Below, in pieces: positions 56,292-64,000 of a stretch of 64,000 nt of DNA. This DNA is from Eledone cirrhosa. Its lineage: Eukaryota. The stretch is from positions 46,128,001-46,192,000 of the forward strand of contig OZ024754.1 of assembly GCA_964016885.1 (NCBI GenBank), read 5' to 3'. The position numbers and the translations under genes were made by a program. The notes below the pieces were generated by a model, which worked only from the letters and a program-made list of their open reading frames with translations, was not told where the DNA came from and searched no databases. Position 1 is the stretch's first letter; every line of letters begins with the position of its first letter.

Positions 56292-59200
56292 AATAATAAT
56301 AATAATAATGAAATTATTGTGTACAGTGCTCAGGTGCACTACAACTCATCAAAGGTGCATGTATAGTACATAGAATAATGTACAAATGTCAGGAAAATAA
56401 ACAGTGTATGAGTCATGATATAATAACAATAACAAAATATTGTGCACAGTGCCCAGGTGCACCACAACTCATCAAAAAAGTGCATGTACAGTACATAGGG
56501 CAATGCACAAACATCAGTAAAATGAACAGTGCACGAGTCATGATACACACATGTGTGCATGTGTATGGAAGGGGTACACCAGGTGTAGTTTTGGCGTATT
56601 TTGGGAAGCATGAGTGTCTTAAAGGATGCAGTGTCTCGGCAGCTAACAATTGACGCAGGCAGTTTGTTCCATGCTTCAGCAACTCTGAGCGTGAAAAAAT
56701 GTCTGCGAAAGTCATGGGAGCTGTGCTGTTTTCTTATCTTGTAGGCATGTCCACGTGTGTTAGACACATGGAGATCAAAGAGGCGCTCAGGGTTGCAGTT
56801 GGCGAGATGGTTAAAAACTTTGTGGGTATTCACCAAGTCCATTGCCAGACGTCGGAGCTTCAATGAATCCATGCCCAGGGAAGCAAGGCGTTCAGAGTAT
56901 GGTAGGTGTCTGATGGAGGGTATGCGCTTGGTTGCACGTCTCTGAACAGTTTCCAGGAGGTCAATGTTCCGAGCAAGATAGGGGTTCCAGACTGATGATG
57001 CGAATTCCAAGTGTGGTCGCACCATAGCTGTATACAGTTTTAAATAGATGGCTGGAGAGCGGCTAACAAAGGTCTTGCTGAGTGATGCCAAGACACCCTC
57101 GGCCTTCTTGACAATCTTAGAGACATGCTTTGTCCAACGCAAATCGTTGCTGACAGTAATGCCCAGGTCACGTTCACGAGGACTTTTGATGTCAGTGTTG
57201 TGGAGGGAGTATGTGGACGCTGGATTTTTCCTTCCAAAATGCATGGTGGTACACTTGTCCACAGCTTCAGTTGCCAGTCTGTGATCCATTGCGTCCAGGT
57301 CTGATTGTAGGAAAGAGTTGTAAATTTCAGGATCAGTCCTTTTGATTTCAAGGTACAGCTTGATGTCATCTGCATATTTTAGTACCGTGGCATTCTGTAA
57401 GTTGGCATCTATGTCATTAATATATGCCACAAACAAAAGAGGACCAAGAACAGATCCCTGTGGTACACCAGATGACATCTCATATGGTGAAGAATGCTGT
57501 CCTAGAACCGTGACTACTTCCTTTCGGCTGAGAATGAAGGATTTCAGCCAGTCGAAAAGATCATCCCTCACACCCATTGCAGAGAGTTTTGCCATAAGTC
57601 TTTTGTGTGGCACAGAATTAAAAGCCTTAGCAAAGTCAAGGTAAACAACATCCACCCATGAGCCGCTGTCAGTGATCCGGGTGATGTCCTCAAGAAACTC
57701 GATAAGCTGATCACAGCAGCTGGAGTTAGGGATAAATCCAAACTGTGAGGGCCGGATGAGGCTGTGAGAGCTCCAAAAGTTCCAAAGTGTTTCTCTGACA
57801 CAGGATTCCATCAGTTTGGCCATACAGCTAGTAAGACTGACTGGACGATAGTTGACAGGTGACATGCGGTTGCCCTTTTTGAACAGGGGAATGACACTGG
57901 CAGTTTTCCACTGCTCCGGAGTAGCACCATTGCTGAGACAGTATTGAAAGAAAAAAGAAAGCTGGCGCAAAAGGAAATCCCCGCCACGTTTGAGAAGCAG
58001 GTATGTCACACCATCAAGACCAGGGGAGGCATAGTTGCGCTTATTCTTAAGGTGACGTCGCAACATTGCAGGTGTAAATTCCATAGTTGTTATGGAATTT
58101 GATGTTAGAGATGGTGGAGATGGTACATTCTGGTCTTCAACAGTAAAAATACTTGCATAGCACTCAGCAATGAGTTCTGCGCATTCCTTGGGATCGTCAG
58201 TGATCTGGCTTGTGTGGGGATTGCGAAGAGGACCAACTGGAGAGTGAGGTCTCTGCTTTGAATGAACATATTTCCAGAACACCTTACTGTCAGGATTGGT
58301 TGCGATGCACTGTTCAAATTCAAGCACTGCCTTCTTTGTCACTTGCTTGAGATGGTTAGAAGATTTATTCCGCTTTTTTCTGTTGGCATCTGATCTATGC
58401 AGTTTATATTCCCGTTCAGCGTTCCAACGTTCTTTCCTGGCAAGTCGGACCGCTGAAGTTTCCCAGATTGCACTTTTGGGGTGGTTATTTTTCCGCTTCC
58501 GTGGCACTGATGCTGCACACGCTATCCATATTGAGTCCAGGATGCTCTGGAGTATAGAGTTCACATCTCCAGAGTTATACATCTCATGCCAGTTTGGGCG
58601 CTGTAGCTCAGTGCAGTACAAGTTCCAATCCGCCCTCTTCCAATCAAAGCAAGCAGATTGGAGATGGCCCTGGTTTTTGTTGCTGCCCTCAAGTGCCAGA
58701 TTGGCAATGATCATAGCATGATCAGAGTCGCCTAGAGGTTCCTCAGTAGTACAACTGATAACCACTTCAGGAGTAGTGGTGAAGATCAGGTCCAAAGTGT
58801 TGTCACCTCTTGTTGGAGAGGTGACTACTTGTGACCAGTTTGAGTCCAGCACTAGTTCAAGGAAATCGTTTGCACCCTGTGGCCAACGAAAGGTTTCCCA
58901 ATCGATCTCAGGATGATTGAAGTCACCTGCAATAAACACATAAGTGGCTGTTTTCTTGGCAGCAACTCTGAGGATATCGCAAAGCTGTGTGTCCTGATGG
59001 TAGTTTGGGGGTCGATAAACAACACCAAGCAGAAGTGTTGACATGGTCATACGTATGTCACAGAAAAAAACTTCTTCCTGTGATTCGTTCAAATCAACGC
59101 AAGGAATTACCGAAAAGTTTGAACGAACGTAGACCATCACACCACCACCACGGCGGTTAATGCGGTCCTTGCGGAAAAGGTTGTACCCAGTAATGGTGAA

Positions 59201-59400
59201 AACCCCATCACAGAGTAAGGAATGTGCCCATGTTTCCGTGACTGTGATGAAGTCAGGGTCGATGCTTCTGACGTAGGATTCGAACAGATGTATCTTGTTG
59301 CATAAACTGCGAGCATTTAAGGACAACAATTTGTACCCTGCTCGCAGTTTATGATGGTGTGTAGAGGGTGGCAGGTTGTTCTGGTTTAGTTTCCCAGAGT
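56292..59400 (-). mobile_element. CR1-like LINE, 5'-truncated just upstream of a near-complete ORF2, with (ATT)n tail
   Basis: APE motifs LNARSL, ITVTETW, GVVYRPP, GDFN, LDL, SDH; RT motifs NYRPVSLTS, YLDFAKAF, GVPQGSVLGPLLF, YADD; CR1-type C-terminus RPHLEFAS.VWNP..E.VQRRATK. Confidence 0.93.
56339..59329 (-). CDS. LINE ORF2 (endonuclease plus reverse transcriptase), 996-codon open frame, probably damaged
   Basis: From the ORF track; TTG start; a local frame excursion near 57262-57295 and read-through into the duplicated 3' UTR. Confidence 0.75.
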   Translation of the reverse strand: MLSLNARSLCNKIHLFESYVRSIDPDFITVTETWAHSLLCDGVFTITGYNLFRKDRINRRGGGVMVYVRSNFSVIPCVDLNESQEEVFFCDIRMTMSTLLLGVVYRPPNYHQDTQLCDILRVAAKKTATYVFIAGDFNHPEIDWETFRWPQGANDFLELVLDSNWSQVVTSPTRGDNTLDLIFTTTPEVVISCTTEEPLGDSDHAMIIANLALEGSNKNQGHLQSACFDWKRADWNLYCTELQRPNWHEMYNSGDVNSILQSILDSIWIACAASVPRKRKNNHPKSAIWETSAVRLARKERWNAEREYKLHRSDANRKKRNKSSNHLKQVTKKAVLEFEQCIATNPDSKVFWKYVHSKQRPHSPVGPLRNPHTSQITDDPKECAELIAECYASIFTVEDQNVPSPPSLTSNSITTMEFTPAMLRRHLKNKRNYASPGLDGVTYLLLKRGGDFLLRQLSFFFQYCLSNGATPEQWKTASVIPLFKKGNRMSPVNYRPVSLTSCMAKLMESCVRETLWNFWSSHSLIRPSQFGFIPNSSCCDQLIEFLEDITRITDSGSWVDVVYLDFAKAFNSVPHKRLMAKLSAMGVRDDLFDWLKSFILSRKEVVTVLGQHSSPYEMSSGVPQGSVLGPLLFVAYINDIDANLQNATVLKYADDIKLYLEIKRTDPEIYNSFLQSDLDAMDHRLATEAVDKCTTMHFGRKNPASTYSLHNTDIKSPRERDLGITVSNDLRWTKHVSKIVKKAEGVLASLSKTFVSRSPAIYLKLYTAMVRPHLEFASSVWNPYLARNIDLLETVQRRATKRIPSIRHLPYSERLASLGMDSLKLRRLAMDLVNTHKVFNHLANCNPERLFDLHVSNTRGHAYKIRKQHSSHDFRRHFFTLRVAEAWNKLPASIVSCRDTASFKTLMLPKIRQNYTWCTPSIHMHTCVYHDSCTVHFTDVCALPYVLYMHFFDELWCTWALCTIFCYCYYIMTHTLFIFLTFVHYSMYYTCTFDEL

Positions 59401-59513
59401 ATGAACTGATACTCTATATAATAGTATATTATGACCTGATACTCTATATTATAGTATGTTATGACCTGATACTCTATATTGTTATAGTATATTATGACCT
59501 GATACTCTATATT
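59401..59513. repeat. 30-bp minisatellite, right part, running into the exon 5 acceptor
   Basis: Same unit as 56193-56291; the last copy ends ..ACTCTATATTTTCAG|. Confidence 0.95.
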
Positions 59514-59518
59514 TTCAG

Positions 59519-59604
59519 CTGATGGTATTGCTCTAGGTGCTGCTGTCACAATGTCTGAGGACCATGTCACCATGATTGTATTTCTGGCTATAATGTTACA
59601 CAAG
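59519..59604 (+). CDS. SLC39A9: ZIP9 exon 5 (ADGIALGAAVTMSEDHVTMIVFLAIMLHK)
   Basis: Acceptor attttcag, donor AAG|GTAACA, 86 nt; carries TM4/TM5 metal-site residues. Confidence 0.95.
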
Positions 59605-60304
59605 GTAACACAGCTGTTGCTTCAATATTATTATTTTTATTATTTACTACTACTACGACTGCTACCACCACTATTATTTGTTCTTGTACCACTGCCATCA
59701 CTACTACTAGTTACTTCCAGTGTCAACCTCATTCAGATGGATATATATATATATCACAGTAAAGAGAGAAACACATATATTCGTCACCCACCCTGCTGGT
59801 TTTATATCCTTTATGATTTGAACACATATAAAACCAGCAGGGTGACTAATATATTAACTATGGATAGTACAGTTTCCTAAACTCAATTAAAAGGATAAAT
59901 TAAGGTACACAAACCGTCCATAATAACTATTAATATCTAGACAGGTTCAAAATAGAACTGTTTCATAATTCAGTGATGAAATATATAGATCAAGTATTGC
60001 TTGTCGGTGGATGTCCTAATAAATACACTCATCACTACTAAATAATAATTAGAAGACTAAAAAAGCACATATGTTAAAAGAGGAAAAGCACACGTGTATA
60101 TTGTCCGAGGCAGCGTGACTAGATCGTTCGACTACTAAAAATAGCAGCCCAGAACCATTCAATATGGTATAGCTCTACTAAAGAACAGGAGCTCAATATA
60201 TCAAAATTGAAATGTTCAGTTAAAAAACTCACAATATTCCCTTATAATTAAACAAGCTCAAGAAAGAAATTCCAAGCTGTTTATAAAACTGTAAAAAGAG
60301 AAAT

Positions 60305-60337
<33 letters not shown>

Positions 60338-60441
60338 GTATATATATATATAACCAAAAGTTAAACAAGGTTCATTGATTAATCAATGAATATAGTTTTA
60401 CAATAGATTAGAAGCACTCAACAAAGACGTTTTCTGAATTT

Positions 60442-60513
60442 ATATATTTTATCTGATGAGGACGTACTGAAAAAACAGCACAGTACCTCTGAAATATATA
60501 TAATAAAATATAT
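60442..60513 (+). ncRNA. Minimal type I hammerhead ribozyme in ZIP9 intron 5, sense orientation
   Basis: Stem I ATATATTTTAT/ATAAAATATAT (11 bp); CTGATGA at 60453-59; stem II GGACGTACTG/CAGTACCTCT; GAAA at 60491-94; palindromic TATATA; TA cleavage site at 60501-02. Confidence 0.78.
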
Positions 60514-60552
60514 TTTGATTACGTGAATGTCTACATTTATTAATATTTTGAA

Positions 60553-60624
<72 letters not shown>

Positions 60625-60911
60625 AGGGTGTTCAAAGGGAATATTGTGAGTTTTTGACTCAACTTTTTAATTTTTATATATATATAATATAGTATATTGT
60701 GTGTGTTGTTGTTGTAAACTTGGACATCTGCATAAGTGGCTGATTGCTTTTCAAGATTAACAAGTGTATTTTATTGCTAACATGCTCAACCTGTGAAAGA
60801 AGAGAATCTATTTCATCTAAACACATTGGAACAAGAGTTATGTACCTTGCTTACAACAAAAGGCCTGCAAGAAACTTAGTGTTAACATATTTCAATATTA
60901 CAATAAACAAG

Positions 60912-61122
60912 GTTGATTCACAGTATCAGTAGAGCATTGGACAGCATGCTTTATGGTATAGGGTTGCGCCCCTTTACGATCTGAGTTCAAATCTTGTCGA
61001 GGTTAGTGTTGCCCTTCATTTTTATCGAGTCGATAAAATAAAATACCAATAATGCACTGGGGGCGATTTAATCGACTCTCCACTCCCCTAAAATTGCTAG
61101 CCTTGTACCTAAATCAGAAACT
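60912..61122 (+). mobile_element. SINE family A in intron 5
   Basis: B-box GAGTTCAAATC and core. Confidence 0.8.
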
Positions 61123-61304
61123 AACAGAAAACTAATAAAACATAACTATGATGATTTCTAGCATAGACTCTATCCCACATAGTTGTTGGATGGGCGTAAT
61201 ATAGAAATCACACCCTTTGTAGTATGTGAACCTGGTGGATGAAAGGGATGTAACTAAATATCATATCATTTAGTCAGGCACACAGTTGTATCTAGTGCTC
61301 TAGT

Positions 61305-61525
61305 AATAATTGTTTCTAGTCTAGGCACAAGGCCAGCAATTTGAAGGGGAGGGGAAAGTCAGTTGTATCGACCTCAGTATACTGGTGCTTTATTTTATTG
61401 ACCCCGTAAAGATGAAAGGCAAAGCTAACCTTGGCAGTATTTGAACTCAGAGTATAAAGGGCCGTAACTCTCTGCCGCGAAGCAGGGTGTCCGATGCCCT
61501 ACCGATTCTGCCAATCCACCGTCCT
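61305..61525 (-). mobile_element. SINE family A in intron 5, antisense
   Basis: Reverse-complement core; TAGTAATAAT on both flanks. Confidence 0.83.
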
Positions 61526-61639
61526 CATAGTAATAATATAGTCCACCCCGTAAGATAGTTGTCCTGGTGTCATGACAAAAAGTATTACTGCACCAGTTCC
61601 TGCAATTCTTAAATATTTTATTTATTTCTGTTATTCCAG

Positions 61640-61774
61640 GCACCAGCTTCATTTGGATTAGTTTCATTTCTCATGCTGGAAGGTTTGGAGAGATCTCGAA
61701 TCAAAAGACATTTGTTTGCTTTTTCTGTGTCGGCACCATTGTTATCCATTCTCACATTTTTGGGATTGAGTCAA
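61640..61774 (+). CDS. SLC39A9: ZIP9 exon 6 (APASFGLVSFLMLEGLERSRIKRHL...GLSQ)
   Basis: Acceptor ttattccag, donor CAA|GTAAGT, 135 nt, phase 0 to 0. Confidence 0.95.
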
Positions 61775-62027
61775 GTAAGTTTTCTTGCTTCTGGCAAAAT
61801 AATAATTTTTTTTTTTAAACTACTACTTCCCGTCACTCCTCTCATCCAGTCATTTTCATCCTTCCTCAACACATGACCCAACCATCTCATTCTATTTTTC
61901 TTCTCAACATTCATCACTCCTCATCCAGTCACATTCACCTTTCCTCAGCACATGACCCAGCCATCTCATTCTATTGTTCTTCATATTATTCATTATTTGT
62001 TTTATAATTCATTATTTGTTTCCTCTC

Positions 62028-62217
62028 CAGGGCGGTGGATTGGCAGTATCGGTAGAGGGTCGGGCGCCATGCTTTGACGCATAGAGTTACGGCCCTTGCT
62101 ATTCTGAGTTCAAATCCCGCCGAGGTTAACTTTGCCTTTCATCCTTACGGGGTTGATAAAATAAAGTACCAGTAATGCACTGGGATAATTGCTGGCCTTG
62201 TGCCAAAAGTAGAAACA
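62028..62217 (+). mobile_element. Young full-length SINE family A in intron 6 with a 17-bp TSD
   Basis: ATTATTTGTTTCCTCTC at 62011-27 and 62218-34; intact A and B boxes. Confidence 0.92.
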
Positions 62218-62282
62218 ATTATTTGTTTCCTCTCTGTAAAAAAAAAATAAAACCCTTATTTTTTTCTATTTTCTTTCTGCAG

Positions 62283-62525
62283 CAAAATAAAGAAACTCTG
62301 TCCGATCTTCATGCAACTGGACTTGCCCTACTATTTAGTGCTGGTACATTCCTGTACGTGGCTACAGTTCATGTGTTGCCAGAAGTGGCAAACTCTCCAG
62401 CACACACCACACATGATGGTGTAACCATCATCAGAGAACATAAAGGTTTTAACAAGAAGGAACTTTTTACATTTGTGCTGGGTTCAGCCATCCCTGTAAT
62501 GTTGGCTCTTGGCCACAAGCACTAA
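62283..62525 (+). CDS. SLC39A9: ZIP9 exon 7, last coding exon (QNKETL...LALGHKH*)
   Basis: Acceptor ttctttctgcag; LFSAGTFLYVATVHVLPEV motif; TAA stop. Confidence 0.95.
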   Translation, partial: QNKETLSDLHATGLALLFSAGTFLYVATVHVLPEVANSPAHTTHDGVTIIREHKGFNKKELFTFVLGSAIPVMLALGHKH

Positions 62526-63099
62526 GAGATATATTTGTGTGTCTTTAGAGAAAAATTTTAAAATTTAAAAAAAATTTGAAAAATTTGTTTTTGTTTGTAT
62601 ATTTATTGGATTCTTTTCTTTTCTGTACCCCCCCCCTCCCATCCCTACATTCTATAGTTGGGGTATGTTGTCTAGATTCCAGCTGTTTCATTAATTGTCC
62701 TTCTATGACATGTCATATGGGGGGGGGGGGGGGGGGTCAAATTTTTCCTATTTTCTTCTCTATCTGAACTTTTCAATTTCTCAACTCTCCCAATCAGAAA
62801 AACAGAAATGTCAAGTTAGAAAGATCAAATGCTATAATTTTAATTTATTTTTATATATCGATTTGTTTTGTTTTTTTTTTTTGTTTTTTTTTAAGAATTT
62901 ATATTGTTTAATTAAATTACTTTTTCTTAAATGTGGGTTTTTTAAAAAAATGACGAACTAAAAGGAAATAACTGAAATATTACTACAGGTCATTAAATGT
63001 CCAATTTCAAATTGAATATACTTAAGGAAATCGGACATTTCATACTTAAGGACCTAATAATTTGAAAAATCCTGATTGAGGGTGTGTAGTTTCAGAAAT

Positions 63100-63503
63100 A
63101 AGGGTTTCTGGTTTAGGTACAAGGCCAGCAATTTTGAGGGAGGGGAAAGTTGATTAAATCAACCCAAGTACGTGACTGGTACTTTATTTTATCGACGTGA
63201 TAAGGATGAAAGGCAAAGCTAACCTGAGCGGCATTTAAAATCAGAACGTAAAGGGCCGTAACTCTATGCTTTCCGACCTCTAACGATTCTGCCAATCCAC
63301 CACACTTCTGTTTTAGAAATAATTGTTTCTACTTTAGGCACAAGGCCAGCAATTACCCAGTGCATTACTGGTACTTTATTTTATCGACCCCGTAAGGATG
63401 AAAGGCAAAGTCAACCTCGGCGGGATTTGAACTCAGATCATAAAGGGACGTAACTATGCTGGAAAGCATGGCGTCAAACCCTCTACCGATACTGCCAATC
63501 CAT
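63100..63503 (-). mobile_element. Two tandem antisense SINE family A copies downstream of the ZIP9 stop
   Basis: Reverse-complement cores ending CTGCCAATCCA. Confidence 0.87.
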
Positions 63504-63559
63504 TTAGAAATAATGGTGATGTGAAAGCCATGTGATAGAGGAAGAAATAAATACACGAT

Positions 63560-64000
63560 AAAGTGCTCGTGTTGGTGAGACAACAAAAAGCACCCAGTCC
63601 CACCTGTCAGTTGGTCGTTTTAGTGCCACAATAAAAAGCACCCAGCCTATGCTGTAAATAAGGTTGGCATTAGGAAGGGCACCCAGCCATAGAAACCAAG
63701 CCAAAATACAGTTCCATATGAGCAAAACAGAGTTACCTGACATGTCTCATAACGTGACAACTCGTCTAACCAAGGGAAATGTAGAAAATTGACCTTAATG
63801 GTGACAATGATATCATCATTTAACGTCCATCTTCCACGCTAGCATGAGTTAGACGGAGTTGTCCCACTTGAGGCAAGGTGAGTCGGATGACCGCGTCTTG
63901 CTCATATAGTACTATCTGGCAGGTTTTCTACAGCTGGATGCCTTTCCTAACACCAACCACATTTACAGTGTGGAACTGGGAACTTTTTACCATGTTACCT
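63560..64000. mobile_element. Two tail-to-tail RTE 3'-UTR-derived fragments
   Basis: TTAGGAAGGGCACCCAGC on + and CAGCTGGATGCCTTTCCTAACACC on -; homologous to 14475-14700. Confidence 0.7.

Larger units (their letters stand above)
35282..62525 (+). other. SLC39A9: ZIP9/SLC39A9 zinc transporter gene, 7 coding exons, predicted 326 aa
   Basis: Hand-spliced exons give a continuous ORF with ZIP9 motifs: [20 protein letters not shown], ATLGLVIHAAADGIALGAA, IVFLAIMLHKAPASFGL, LFSAGTFLYVATVHVLPEV and C-terminal GHKH. All six introns are GT-AG with compatible phases. Confidence 0.96.

Overview
AT-rich, repeat-dense eukaryotic genomic DNA. The repeat families, the [16 protein letters not shown]-type zinc fingers and the microsatellite load point to a coleoid cephalopod, most likely Octopus (inference). 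One intact host gene is present: a 7-exon ZIP9/SLC39A9 zinc transporter on the + strand (CDS 35282-62525; exons 96+112+231+78+86+135+243 nt = 326 aa, all introns GT-AG and in phase). A decayed C2H2 zinc-finger gene lies at about 27.7-28.9 kb. The rest is mobile and tandem DNA: a Tx1/L1-type LINE sitting inside a (GATA)n array, a near-intact CR1-like ORF2 in ZIP9 intron 4, RTE and CRE-like fragments, two tRNA-derived SINE families, TTAA (piggyBac-type) and TA (Tc1/mariner-type) MITEs, and many mini- and microsatellites. The most notable unannotated signals are: minimal type I hammerhead-ribozyme motifs and long palindromes, probably Penelope-like remnants, in ZIP9 introns and next to (TA)n tracts; apparent (GATA)n targeting by the Tx1 element; a LINE inserted precisely into a minisatellite that forms the exon 5 acceptor; and inverted SINE pairs bracketing frame-preserving ZIP9 exons. 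Most ORFs in the supplied track are translations of simple repeats.
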